Positions 51,745 to 64,000 of a stretch of 64,000 nucleotides of DNA are shown one piece after another. The stretch is taken from positions 124,620,001-124,684,000 of the forward strand of contig NC_082714.1 in the NCBI RefSeq assembly GCF_030144855.1. Direction: 5' to 3'. This stretch comes from Hypanus sabinus. Taxonomy: Eukaryota. Within the stretch, counting starts at the first letter, position 1. Each line of letters opens with the position of its first letter. The notes beneath the pieces are model-generated. The model ran no database searches. It worked only from the letters and a program-made list of their open reading frames with translations, and had not been told where the DNA came from. A program made the translations under genes and the position numbers.

Positions 51745-52245
51745 TTGTCGTTGTTCGAGCCAACTAGTGCTGACGAAATGGCGGTGGGACCATGGGTTGT
51801 CCGTACTGTTTGGAGATTGAGGAGTGACAGGTTGGGATGTTTCAGCAGTGGTGAGCTCCGCCCGGTTGGTGGAATAATGTCCAGCCCTAAAGGGGCGGAG
51901 GCGTGGGCGGAGCGGACCCCTCAGTTGTTGGGTGAGTGGCAGTGCTTGGCTGAGGAAAAGCGACAGGGACGGGTTGAAAGTTTGAGTAGGCGGGCTGGTG
52001 ACTTTGTTAGAACTGTCAGGCTCAATTACCTCGAAGTGACCGCTGCCAGTTCTGGGAAAGTGTGGGAAAATGCGTGTGGTTCGACTGGAAGTCAAATGCC
52101 TCAGCTGGGGGGCTTATTATATCTGTGGCAGGAGATTGGTGGGAAGTTTTTAGGGTATCCCTTTTTGACAAGGGGGGCAGATAAATTGCTTGCGGTGCCA
52201 AGGGGATCAGTTGTTCCGTTGATTCGAGAGGTGTCGGGAAACTGA
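51745..52245 (+). pseudogene. Degenerate PNMA-like Gypsy gag remnant
   Basis: [28 protein letters not shown] resembles the W..E...EW...EKRRRL.ESL capsid motif of PNMA-type gag. Confidence 0.65.
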
Positions 52246-52256
52246 GAGGAGGCCCA

Positions 52257-53864
52257 GTGGGGGAACGGCTTGGGGTCTCTGGGGGAGCACGGTCCCAGCA
52301 ATGTACCAACAAACTCCCGAAAGGAACAGAACCTATTCCTGAAGGCTTAGAGGGGCCAAGCGCACAGGTGTTATTACGGATGGATGGAAGTCAAGTTAAA
52401 GCCATCCTCGGCACCGGGGCGCCGGTTAAGTTGCTGTACAGTTTGTTTCATAACCGTTATTGGAAACATTTACCCTTGACGACATTGAGGACACTGGAGA
52501 TTTGGGGTACCAGTGCCGGTGATTATCCAGACGACGGTTGTTGGTCAGTGAAAATGGAGTTCTTAGAGGCAAATGTGGAGGAGACTGAGGTTCATGAATC
52601 GTTAATGCTGATGTGTCCGGACCCTGTTGAGACGGGCAGCGTTTCTGTTCTAGAGAGAACCAATATCCTGCTGGTGTGCTTGGGGGCCTGCCCGGAGGAG
52701 GCGGGTGAGCGTTGTTTGGAGGCATTGTCGATGCACCCAGAGTTTCGAGCTGCTTGTGTGGACGTGTGTAGCAGCATTGGGCTGATTCCGAATTCAAACA
52801 AGAGCCAGTGGTGGTACGGCCTGGGGGACGTAGCTGAGGGTGAGACCCTCTTAGTGGACGCTGCGAAATACCACGAGGGAGCGGAGTTGACTGCTGAAGA
52901 CACCTCGGAGAGAGAGAGGTTGCGGCGACTGGCCCCTGAAGCCGTGGAAGACGTAGGCAGCGTGTGTGTGGATTATATTGCATTGAAGAGGCGCACTGTC
53001 AGTGACCAGAATATGGCCCTGAGGGCCGGAGAGGCGATGGCCTGTCTGAGTGGTGCGAAATGGTTTAAGGTGCTGGATCTGAGGAGTGGATGTTGCCAGA
53101 TCCCGATGAGTGGGGCCGACAAGGAGAAGACGGCCGTTATAAATTCCGTAGGAGTCTTCGGGTCCGAAAAGATGCCACAGGGCATATCTGGAGCCCTTGC
53201 AACCTTCCTGCGGGGCAGGTGGAAGACCATAGGGGATGTGGAGGCGTTTGGAGTTTTGGTGTATGTGGATGATCTCTTGGTGTTTGGATTTGCCTCAGGA
53301 GAATATGAAGTGAGGTCGTTGCAGGAGCAGCTGAGAACTACCGAGTTAAAGTGTTTTCGGGACACGTGCCAGGGCTGGCGAAGGTCGCAGCTCGTGACTT
53401 ACTGTCTCTACAGAATCAAGTTTGAAATGAAGACAGAGAGACTGGAGAAAGTGATCTGGAACCATTCGGAAGACTTTCAATTTGGAGAGAATGAAGAAAG
53501 TTGTCTGACTGAGGGTAATAGCAAACTGAGAACCCGGAGAGGGGAGTTTGCGGAGGTGAAGAAATTACAGACGAATCTCAGAAGAGAGAAGGGGAAGTTT
53601 GAAGGGAACCTGAAGATGACTGTCGACAGTTCAAATGAAGTGCAAAATCTGAAAGTTGATCTGGAAGAAGTCATGAGGAAGAAAAAGCTGGAGAGAAGTG
53701 CAGTGAATACTGAACAGGAGGCTGAAGAGACTGCGGGAGCAGTGCAGGCCATATGTTTCCGTTTGGAGAAGATCAAACAGCAGCTACCGATCACAGGAAT
53801 GAGGAAGAATACAGATTCGATGGATGATGTGCTGGATGTGTGGTACATGCTGCCCTTTTGCTGA
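52257..53864 (+). CDS. Chimeric ORF: dead protease + partial RT + myosin-tail-like coiled coil
   Basis: AILGTGA (protease DTG changed to GTG). RT motifs CVDY, VLDLRSG, DKEKTA, MPQG and YVDD (53262-53273). Then LTEGNSKL...[21 protein letters not shown]. No RNase H or integrase. First ATG at 52380. Confidence 0.7.
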
Positions 53865-56199
53865 CTTTCCCTCGATTGAGGAAGAGACCTTTGGCCCTTC
53901 TCCCATTGAGTCAGGTGTAGCGGGGAGGGTTAGCTGTGTGCAGTGTGGGGCATGAGTGAGAGGTTGAGAGAGGAGTTGGTAGTGGGCCCAAGGTATTCCC
54001 AGTTGTGTCCGAGCCTGAAGGGTTTAGGTGAGGGGGTACGGAGGCCTCAGAAGGGTTAGGGAACTCCCAGATAGTTGGCCTAAGTAGCGCCTGAGGAACA
54101 GGGCGTGAGGGTTACTGTGTGGGGAGGAGATGTCACTGTTTGTGCTTGGGTTACGGTGTGTTGGCAGGAAAGGTGGCGAGTTATTTAGTAGTCATGAGGA
54201 CATGACTTTTATTTGGTGGAGGGAGAGTGTAAAGGGGGTTTCTTTTTTCTTTGTTACTGTTGGGAAAGGGTTTCTTTTTGTTAACTAGCAGGAATGCTAA
54301 TTTACTGATAACGAGAATGGTATTCCTTTGTAAACCAAATGGGGATTAATGTTCTTTCTTCTGAGTGTATAAGCTTTTGTTGACGGGCTTTTGGGCAGAT
54401 CGGCGCAAGGGGGTCGAGAGAGAGGACGCAATGCTCTAAGCTGGGCGAGGATCGGACCCCAAAGGGGGGTCCGAGGCCGGGAGATTCTCCAAGGAGGGGG
54501 GGGATGAAGCTAGATGTGCTTGGTTGACCACTCGGAGGGTCCTGAGCTGTTTGGAGAGTCGAGTTTGGAGGGTCCTGAGCTGTTTGGAGAGTCGAGGAGT
54601 TCGGAGGGGATTGAATGGTGGCCAGAAGACTTCAGTAATTGAGCTCCAACGGTTGTGCACGAAGTGGTTTGGACTTTGATAAGTTTGGCGCCTTTTCTTT
54701 AATTTTCTCTTCATATATACTGTATCGTTATTAATCACAGTTATAGTAACCTTTATAAATTGTACTCATTTAATCGCATATGGTGTACTGTCTGTTTGTG
54801 GGCGAGGCGGGGACATCACACAGCATCCACACCAGCTGATTACCCAGTTTGGCGGGGCCGAAGGCTGCTCCCCTAGACGAAACGAGCTGAGCGAGCCTGA
54901 GGCGACCCAGGGTGTTACATGTGAATTTTCTGATGTTTACTTTCTGATAATTAATGTCCTGATGCCACTTTAGATCAAGACATCACCTTGGGGGAGGGTC
55001 TGCAGCCAGAAGGAACAAGCAAAGCTGAAAAAAACTTGATAAGTCTGGCTAATATCTGGTGCCAGTAGCAGCTGTCAATGCTGTCAAATGCTACCGCTGC
55101 TTAACATTTCCTATTTATGTGTGTTTGGTCTAAGGATGTTTCATATTAGTGGAAGGTCAAACTTGTTTGAACGACAATGCAAGATGATCTTTTGTTGATG
55201 CAACATGAAAAATGCATCAAAACAGAACTTGATCAATTTGAGAAATCAGGGCCAGAGCCTTCTTTGCAGACAGATGGTGCAATGGATCCACATTTCTACC
55301 AGAAATTAAATTACAAGGCAAAACAGTAATATTTTTCTTCTTCTTTTGTTACAGAATTTTATATATGAATTTTCAGTGTTTAAATATAGCATGGTCCTTT
55401 AAGTTTTCTTATCAGGCCACTTTAACTTATAACTTATAACTTCAGTTATAAGTCAAATGTTTAAAATTCAAGTTAAGCAACTACTATCACTTTAAATACA
55501 CAGGTCCACTGTGCATCAATAAAGCATATAAAAATGTTGTAGAAAACGTGACAATAAATGTCTAAGACATTTTGACCATATCAGTTACCTCCCGTATCTC
55601 TGTCTCTAAATCTTCACAAGTACATCAGCAGCCATCGGTTCCTACATTAGGTTGCTAATGGAAATATGCAATTTTCTGCACAATGTACAATCTCTGTATT
55701 AGGGTTATGGTTCGTCCTTTCAATTTACAGGTTATCAAATCTTTGTTATCTACAATTACAGCGAGAATACTTCAATAGTACTGCATCTTCAATGATAAGA
55801 TTTGCATTGCTTTGGAACCTTCTTGACAAAGGGGTTGAAACAAGATCACAGCAAATTCTTTTTTTTTGCATAATTGTTGGCTGTTGGTTTTCTTGGAACA
55901 AAATTTATTTTGATTTTCAGAGGTGAATTAAGTAACCTTGCTCTGAGAACATGGCATCTGGAGTAGCCATTATTCACAGGGACCTAAAATTACATCTCTT
56001 AGTTCAAAACGTGCCCTTCATGATGCATCTCTGGAGATTCAAGAGTGGCTTTTGCACATCTAATGAAGTGTTCTGTACGGGCAGCATGCAGAACAAAGAT
56101 TTTCACTGTACTATTACAAACCAATTTATCAACTTTAAACACAAACAAGCAGATTATAGTTTTTACCCAAATTTCTGCATTGTGACATTAGAATATAAT

Positions 56200-56705
56200 T
56201 AGCAGAAATAATACGGGGGAACCAATGGATGTAGTGCATTTGGGCTTTCATACGGCTTATGATTAAGATCCCAGTCAAAAAAGATAGTGTGCAAAATTAA
56301 AGTATATTTCATAGGTGATAATACACCAACATAGATTGAGAATCAGTTGACATGCAGGAAATAGGGAATGTCAGGCAGGGACTATTGCAGGAATCAGTAC
56401 TTGTTGCCAATCTATTCAAAATACATATAAATAATTTGAATGAGGGAATTAAATGTGATTTTCCAGATCTGCAGTTAAGAATGTCCTTGTTTCTAGACTT
56501 GAGTACAGGAGCGAGGCCATTTGGCTGTAGCCTGGTGAGACCACATCTGGGGCTCTGCGTGTAGCTTTGGTCTCCCTGTTTGAGGGTAGGTGTTCTTACA
56601 TAGAGGGAGTAAAGCAAAAATTTACCTGAATGATTACTAGGATGGCAGAACTGATTTATAAGTAGATATTAGATTGACTGAGCCTTTATTCACTGGAGTT
56701 CAGAG
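56200..56705 (+). mobile_element. Old CR1 RT fragment
   Basis: LFKIHINNLNEGI and LVRPHL remnants. Confidence 0.65.
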
Positions 56706-56712
56706 GCCATGT

Positions 56713-57031
56713 ATGTAAATTTATTGCAGTTGTGGACACTGGGGGGTGTATCGCCAGTTCTGGGGGGGGGGTTATGCGGCAACCCTCTTCCTAGCGCACT
56801 CGAACCGGCTCACAAATAGCCAGCATGCAGGCACAAAGGCCAGGTCCGCAACAAAGGGAGAAAAGCCTGCGGGGATTTGTGAGTATGTGTCTCTTGGAGC
56901 ATCCGCGCCCAGGGAGGGTGGGATGAGGGAGGCTTTAAAGCAAGGCTGTGAAGTTCGAATAAAATTATCTTTGACTGCAGTTTACCGACTCCGTGTCATT
57001 ATTTTAGCGCTGCGTGTAGCACACCGCTACA
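56713..57031 (+). mobile_element. 3' end of a second LTR element (PPT plus ~260-bp LTR)
   Basis: G-run PPT near 56762-56772, then a CpG-rich LTR with AATAAA at 56958-56963, ending ...CCGCTACA. Confidence 0.6.
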
Positions 57032-57034
57032 ATG

Positions 57035-58140
57035 TTACAATAAAAATAAATTAATAAATAGTGCAGAAGAAGAATTGCGAGATAGCATTCATGGGTTTAT
57101 GGACAGTTCAGAAATCTGGAGGCAGAGGGGAAAAGGCTGTTCCTAAATCACTTAGTGTGGGTTGTCAAACTCCTGTACTTCCTCCCTGATGGTAGCATTG
57201 AGAAGAGACATGTCCCGGATGGTGCGGGTTCTTAATGATGAATGCTAGCTTCTTGAGGCACTGCTTTTGGAAGATGTCCTCAATGGGGGTGAGGCTTTTG
57301 TCTATGACGGAACTAGCTGAGTCTACAATTCTCTCAAGCCTCTTGCGACCCTGTGCACTGGTGATGCAACCAGCTAGATTGCTCTTTACCGTACATCTAT
57401 AGAAATTTGCTGGAGTCTTTGGTGACATAGCAAATCTCCCTAAACTCATGAAGTTTAGCCACTGTTGTCACTTGTCATTAATATGTCAGTATTGTGGACC
57501 CAGGGTTGGTTCTCTGAGATGTTGATGCCCAGGATACTGAAGCTGCTCATTCATTCTACCACTGACCTCTCAGTGAGAATTGGTGTGTGTTCTCCCCATT
57601 TCCCTTCCCGAAGTTACAATCAATTCCCTGCTCTTGCTGATACTGAGTGCAAAGTTGTTGTTGCAGCACCACTCAGTCATCTGAGCTATTTCACCCTTGT
57701 ATGTCTCCTTGTCACCATATGAGAATCTGCCAACAATGATGCTGTCATTGTTGGCAAACTCATAGTGTTTAAGCTGTGTCTGCGCATACAGTCATGAGTG
57801 CAAGGAGAGAAGAGTAGTGGGCTACTAATCAGCATCCTTGAGGTGACATGCATTGATTGTCAGAGGAGATGTTATCAGTAATGCATTCTGACTGTGGTCT
57901 CTCAATGAGGAAGTCAAGAATCCAGTTGCAGAGGAAGGTACAAAGGCCTACGTTATGAAGCTTGTTGATGAGTACCAAGACTATGATGCTGTTGGACGCC
58001 AAGCTGTAATCGATAAACAGCAGCCTGACGTAGTTATTGCTGTTGCCCAAGTGGCCCAAAGCCCAGTGGAGCGCCAGTGAGATTGCAACTGCTGTAGACC
58101 TAACAATGCTCTTCCAGAACAGAGTATTTCTACTATCTTC
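57035..58140 (-). mobile_element. Rex1/Babar-like LINE fragment
   Basis: [19 protein letters not shown] and NFYRCTVKS motifs. Confidence 0.85.
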
Positions 58141-58329
58141 TGCTTTTTGTCAGGCAGCATCGGCAACAAAAATGCACCCCTTTTCATTGAGCTTAATGCA
58201 TTCTATTCAGCGCTCAAACAGAAGGGGATTGGAATGTCAGCAGCCACCAATGCACCTTTATGTGCAGTCTCACTACAGACACAAAACCAGTTTTCCAGAA
58301 AGAGAACCCACAGCAAGCACTGGACCCAG

Positions 58330-59790
58330 ATGGTGTCCCTGCCCATGTCCTTAGATTCTATTAAGATCACCTGGCAGGGGTATTTGCAGACATTCATCAG
58401 CTCTCTCTGCTTCAATCTGAAGTTTCCACCTGCCTTAATCATCCCAGTAGCTATGAAAAATAAGGAAATATGCTTTAATGAGTACCGTCTGGTCAATCTA
58501 ATATGCACCATCATGAAGTGTTTCAAGTGACTGATCATGCATGTGTCAAACCCCAGTCAATCTCAATACACTGTAATTCCTCTTCTGTAGAAACAGGTCT
58601 AGAGCAGACACCATCTCCCTGGCCCTTGCACTCATCATTGGAACATTTGGACAGTAAAGATACCTACATCAGACTACTCTTTATCGACTATAGCATCACC
58701 TTCAATACTGTAATTCAAAATAAATCTCCATACTCCTGGACCTGGACTCAATACCTCGCTTTGCAACAAGATCCTTGACTTGACAAAAAGACCACAATCA
58801 GCATCAGAAAATCAACTCTACCACAATTATCATCAACACTAGGGATCCAAAAGATTATGTCTGCAGCCCCCTACTCCACTCCTTGTGCACTCACAACTAT
58901 GTGGCCAAATGCTGGTCTACCTCAGTCTACACGATTGCAGATGATAGACGGCATATCTGAAACAACGAGTCAGAATATAGGAAGGGGATATACTGTAAAC
59001 CCTAGTGATGTGGTGTCATAGCAAGAGTCTTTCCTTTATTGTTGGAAAAACAAAGGAGCTGGTCAAGAACAGGGTGGGGTCCTGTTAATTTCAATGGTGC
59101 TGAGACCGAGAGTGTTGAGGGCTTCAAGTTCCTAAGAGCGAACATCAGCATGTCCTGGTCCAACTACGTTGATGACACAGCCAAAAAAGCTCAACCATCC
59201 TTATTTCCTCAGGAAGAAATTTGGCAAGTCCCCGTTGGACTTCACCAGTTTTTACTGATGCACCATGGAAAACATCCCACATGGATGTACCACGGCTTAA
59301 TATGGCAACTGCTCTGCTCAGGACTGCAAGAAGCTATGGAGAGTTGTGGACACAGCTCAGCACACCACTGAAATCGGCCTCCCCTCAGTGGACTCTTTCT
59401 ATACTCATTGTTCAGTAAAGCAGCCAGCATAATCAAAGATTCCACCAACCCCAGACATTCTCTCTTCCTCCTCCACCTATTAGACTGAAGATACAAAAGC
59501 CTGAGGGTGCGTACCACCAGGTTCAAGGGCAGCTTCTATCCCGCTATTATAAGACAATTGGACAGATCCCTAGTATGATAAATTTAACTCTTGACCTCAC
59601 AATCTATCTCTATATGACCTTGCACCTTATTGTCTACCTGCACTGCATTTTTTCTGTAACTGTAACACTTTATTCTGCATTTCATTTTTGTTTTCTCTTG
59701 TACTACCTCAATGCATTGTGGTAATGAATTGATCTGTATGGACAGTACGCAAGACAAGGTTTTCACTGTCCCTCTGTGCATGTGACAATA
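58330..59790 (+). mobile_element. Rex1/Babar-like LINE fragment
   Basis: [13 protein letters not shown] and [19 protein letters not shown] motifs; 3' UTR ends near 59790. Confidence 0.85.
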
Positions 59791-61409
59791 ATCAAGCAAT
59801 TCACCAATCTACAAATCTGAAGTATTTTACATTTGGTACAGCTTAGCGTTCGGTCACATGGTGTCCAGTGATTTCAATCCATTTGGCTCTTATAAAAGTT
59901 CAATTTGTATTTATGGTCTTATGACTAAAGGCCTTCAGGCGAGTTAGACTACATTTGCCAGAAAGACAAAGAATTAGATTGTGAACTAGATACAGTTTTC
60001 AGATTGATGTTGGACAAATAGAAGACCAAACTGAGATGGTATATATTAGACAGTATGATAACACAGTGTTTGCCCAATCCAAAAACCCCAAAGACAGTCA
60101 GGAGCTCATTCTATACTCACATCCGCACGTAACTCCAGACATCCACCCAACGACAATGTTCAACATTGGGTGTCAGTAGCCCAAAACAATCTATAGGAGT
60201 TGGAGTGTGTTCTGGCTATATAACAATTCAATGCATTATAGCACATTCTGCCAAATGGACATAATTTATTCACATACAATAAATTTGAAAGAAATTTCTA
60301 ATAAATGAATGAGGGATTTTTAGTTGGATAGGCAATCTTTGCTCATTCAATACAAATTCATTTCAGTAAGAGGTTCTTCAGCAGATGTTAGGTTCCTCTC
60401 TCACAAGTGCATGTGGAAGGTTAATGCTCGTTATACACAGATGCACACAGCCCAAACAATGGGTTCAACTAATTTGGGCAATGATTCAGGGAATCAAGAA
60501 ATCATCACTGCTGCCTAACAGACAGGAAAGCTGCTATTAACTTCATCAATAAAATTGCCCTCAGTACCTATCAAATCAGATGTTATTTTTAGTGATTGAT
60601 TTCAGTAGAAAATTGTTTGACTATATGCTTAATCATATATTGTTAATCAAAGGATGTTAAAATTTCTCTCTTAAAGTTCCAAACTGATTACTTAGGTGAT
60701 TTTAACTTTTTTTTATTGCTTTAATCCATATTTTTAAACATATGTCAATATGTACTATTGAAAGATTGAAAGTGAATAAACAATAGGTAATATTTATTAA
60801 GTTATGTAGGGCAGCTTGTGTGTCTATGTTGCAGAAATTTGTGAGTTTTCAGAGAGCAAAACTCTTCCACGCAAATATGTATTGCACAAATACTTTCAAC
60901 TTGGCTCAAGCTTGTTGAATTAGACTGTAAGCTGACACAAATGGAAGATGAAAATGCGGGTAGATCTTCAGACTTTGATTGTCCATTTCACCTACATCGC
61001 CACCCCAGACAAACAACAGAACTTTGAAAAGGATTTTTGGCTACAATGCAAATGGTATCCTTGACAGAAAGTCTCTGTTGAACTTTGAAATTTGGACGTT
61101 CCCAAATTTGCATCTACTATGTCTAGGATAAAAATCTCTAGGGAACTCAGATGTTCTAAGTCCGATCCACATTTAGGAAAAGATTATGATAACCAGAGGA
61201 TTTCCCTGCTGAGTGTCACGTGATGAATCATTGCCAGAGCTGTCCTCAGTTGACATTACTCCAAATCAGTGTGGATTCTATCCATCCTAGAGTCATAGCA
61301 AAGAAACAGGCCCTTCTGCCCAACTGGTCCTACCGACCAAGATGCCCATTCACCCTGGCCCTACTTGCTAATGTTTGAACAATAACATTCTAAACCTTTC
61401 CTATTTCTT

Positions 61410-62260
61410 GAGGAAGCAGAAAGCCTGCAGAGAGACTTAGAGGAATGGGCAAAGAAGTAGCAAATGAAATACAATTTTGAAAAGTGTATGTTCATGCACT
61501 TTGGTGGAAGAAATAAACGGCCAGACTATTATTTAGATGGGGAGAGAATTCATAATACAGAGACTTGGCAATCCTTGTGCAGGATACCCTAAAGGTTAAC
61601 CTCCAGGTTGAATCGGTGGTGAAGAAGGCAAATGCAATGTTGTCATTCATTTCTAGAAATATAGAAAATAAGATGTGGTGTTGAGCCTCTATAAGGCACT
61701 CGTGAGTCCACACTTGGAGTATTGTGTGCAGTTTTGGGCTCCTTATTTTAGAAAGGATATACTGACATTGGAGAGGGTTCAGAGAAGATTCATGAGAATG
61801 ATTCCAGGAAAGAAAGGGTTACCATATGAGGAACATCTGGCAGCTCTTGCGCTGTATTCCCTGGAGTTCAGGAGAATGAGGGGAGATCTCATAGAAACAT
61901 TCCAAATGTTGAAAGGCCTGAACAGATTACATATGGCAAAGTTATTTCCCATGGTAGGGGAGTTTAGGACAAAAGGGCGCAACTTCAGGATTGAAGGATG
62001 TCCATTTAGAACAGAGATGCAGAGAAATTAATTTAGTCAGAGGGTGATAAATCTGTGGAATTTGTTGTCATGAGTGCTGAGGAGGCCAAGTCATTGGGTG
62101 CATTTAAGGCAGAGATAGATAGGTTCTTGATTAGCCAGGTTTTCAAAGGGTATGAGGAGAAGGCAGGGGAGTGGGGATGACTGGATCAGCCCAAGATTAA
62201 ATGGCAGTGCAGACTCAATGGACCAAACGGTCTACTTCTGCTCCTATATCTTATGGTCTT
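61410..62260 (+). mobile_element. CR1 3' part
   Basis: LYKALVSPHLEYCVQFWAP...RRMRGDLIETF. Confidence 0.92.
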
Positions 62261-63045
62261 ATCCGCATACCTGTCTAACTATCTTTTATAAGTTGTTATT
62301 GTATCTGCCTCAACCATTTCCTCTGGCAGCTCATTCCATATACATACCATCATTTGTGTAAAATTGTTGCCCCTCAAGATCCTACTAAATATTTCCCCTC
62401 TCAGCTTAAACCTCCAAACCATGGAAAAAGGACTGAGCGTATCTACCTTATTTTTGACCCTCAAGATTTTATACACCTCTATCTCTCTGCTTGTCCAATC
62501 TCTCTCTATAACTCTGTCCCTCAAGTCCTGGAAGCATCTTGTAATTATTTTCTGCACTTGTTCCAGTATAATAACATCATAGGTTGCCAAAACTGAACAC
62601 AGTTTTCCAGGCATGGCCTCAATAACATCTTGCACAACTGCACCGTGACCTCACAACTTTATACTCAATGTGTTGACTGGTGAGTTGTGTGAAAACTTGT
62701 GAGTGAAAGCCTTCTTCACCATCCTGTCTATTGAGACTTTACGTTCAAGGAACCATATATTTGAACTCCAAGGTTCCTCTGCTCCATACCATTCTTCAGA
62801 CCCCTGTTCTTCACAGTAAAAGTCCAACTGTAATTTGATTTTCCAGAAGGCAATACTTCATGCTTAACTGAATTAAACACCATTTACCATTCCTCTGCCT
62901 ACTTACTCAGTTGGTCAAGATCCCTGGTTATGACCTTCTTCACTGCCCTCAATGCCATCTATTTTAGTGTAATCTACAAACTCAATAACCTTGCTTTATA
63001 TATTCTCATGCAAATCATTGATATGGATGGCAAACAATATGGTTA
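62261..63045 (-). mobile_element. CR1 3' part in opposite orientation, interrupted by the plus-strand CR1
   Basis: IEVYKILR..WNELPEEMVEA. Its 3' tail appears at ~61290-61405, on the other side of the plus-strand CR1. Confidence 0.75.
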
Positions 63046-63419
63046 GAGGGGCAACAAACTGTATCTTCATTTATTTCAACCATTCCCATCGGAGTGAAGC
63101 TAGGAAACTATTCAGGCTCCAGCACCTTCATTTCAAAACCAAGATCATTCCAACTCCAGACACTGTTTCATGTTGGAATTGATGCATTTTTCAATTTATT
63201 ATCTACTAAAGCTTGCAAACCCATGGGAAGTATATTTAATATTCTCCAACAACTTGCCCCAACTGTACACCATTCCCTCACCAGTAAGGGCTCTCACAAC
63301 AACCCAGGACATTTCCATAAATGAAAACACTCTCTGCAGTCTTATTTATGCAATTCAGCAGGATGGTGCACATTTCAGGTGAAGCTAGCAGAATGGAACA
63401 GCTCTCTCCTTCCCCAATA

Positions 63420-64000
63420 CTGATGTAAAGATTACCCTCAACCATCGGTGGTTACTGCTGCTAATGATTAATGAAATGTCCAGGTCTGAGGCGTTCCATT
63501 GGTCAGCATCGACCATGGATATTGCAGCCCAGCTGTCTGTGTGATACGCAAGCTGGTACACAGAGAAGCAAAGTATGAAATGGAGTGCAAGTGGTTACCC
63601 ATGCTGCAGGCCCCAACCCCCTCCATGCTGCTGAAGAGTCGAACAGAACGGCAAAGACCCACCACCATCATTGCAGGAGTTGCCAGTTGCCAGTCAGCAT
63701 TGAGCTCAATGTCGGACTGAGTTGGGGACGCCAGCTCCAGATTTTTCCTCGGGGATTACTCCCGAAGCCTTCCCCGTGAGTGAATATAGCCATAAGGTAG
63801 AAGAGGTTTGAGATCAAAGTTTTCCTTCTCCTAGATGAGAGCTGTCAACTACAAACGATGAATCCCATTTGCCTGAAGCAATTGGCTTTAAGGAGCCAGT
63901 AACTCATCTTTGCCTCTTCTCTTGTCAGGAGAAACAGTTCTGCCGAGATTAGTAGTTAAGCCACACATGAAGGCCAGGAGCTGGACTTGGTTGTATGAGG
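63420..64000. mobile_element. Unclassified interspersed repeat (possibly RTE-related)
   Basis: GC-richer repeat-like block with no clean ORF; family not confidently recognised. Confidence 0.3.

Larger units (their letters stand above)
50937..54919 (+). mobile_element. Non-autonomous Gypsy/Ty3 LTR retrotransposon with both LTRs
   Basis: TG..CA LTRs at 50937-51598 and 54228-54919. 4-bp TSD TGTG at 50933-50936 and 54920-54923. Degenerate tRNA-Pro PBS (gggtgctcgtccggg, ~51601-51619); PPT at 54215-54227. Confidence 0.95.

Noticed and set aside
51122-54738. Duplicated minus-strand ORFs MINNDTVYMKRK... (51122-51415 and 54436-54738)
   Set aside because: They are antisense readings of the two LTR copies, with no recognisable domain.
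54920-64000. 3' exons of SLC9A8, expected from human synteny
   Set aside because: No recognisable exon found by eye; the gene probably lies beyond the window.
1-64000. CRISPR array or other prokaryotic system
   Set aside because: The sequence is vertebrate with spliceosomal introns, and there are no regularly spaced repeat-spacer arrays.

Overview
Eukaryotic (vertebrate) genomic DNA. The repeat content suggests a cartilaginous fish, probably a ray; this is inferred. Three complete intron-containing genes were assembled by hand from splice sites: SNAI1 (minus, 3 coding exons, 265 aa), RNF114 (minus, 6 coding exons, 227 aa) and SPATA2 (plus, 2 coding exons, 518 aa). Their order and orientation match human 20q13. 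The rest is dense with decayed transposons: CR1, Rex1/Babar-like, Tx1-like, SINEs, a Tc1 element and Penelope-derived hairpins. Main highlights: (1) a young, non-autonomous Gypsy LTR element (50937-54919) whose pol remnant runs in frame into an intron-less sarcomeric myosin tail fragment most like MYH16, an apparent host-mRNA capture; (2) a family of short, TSD-flanked, often palindromic Penelope-derived inserts carrying minimal hammerhead-ribozyme motifs; (3) two identically spaced Cys fingers in SPATA2; (4) candidate SNAI1 regulatory elements. Homology calls rest on recalled protein sequences, not database searches.
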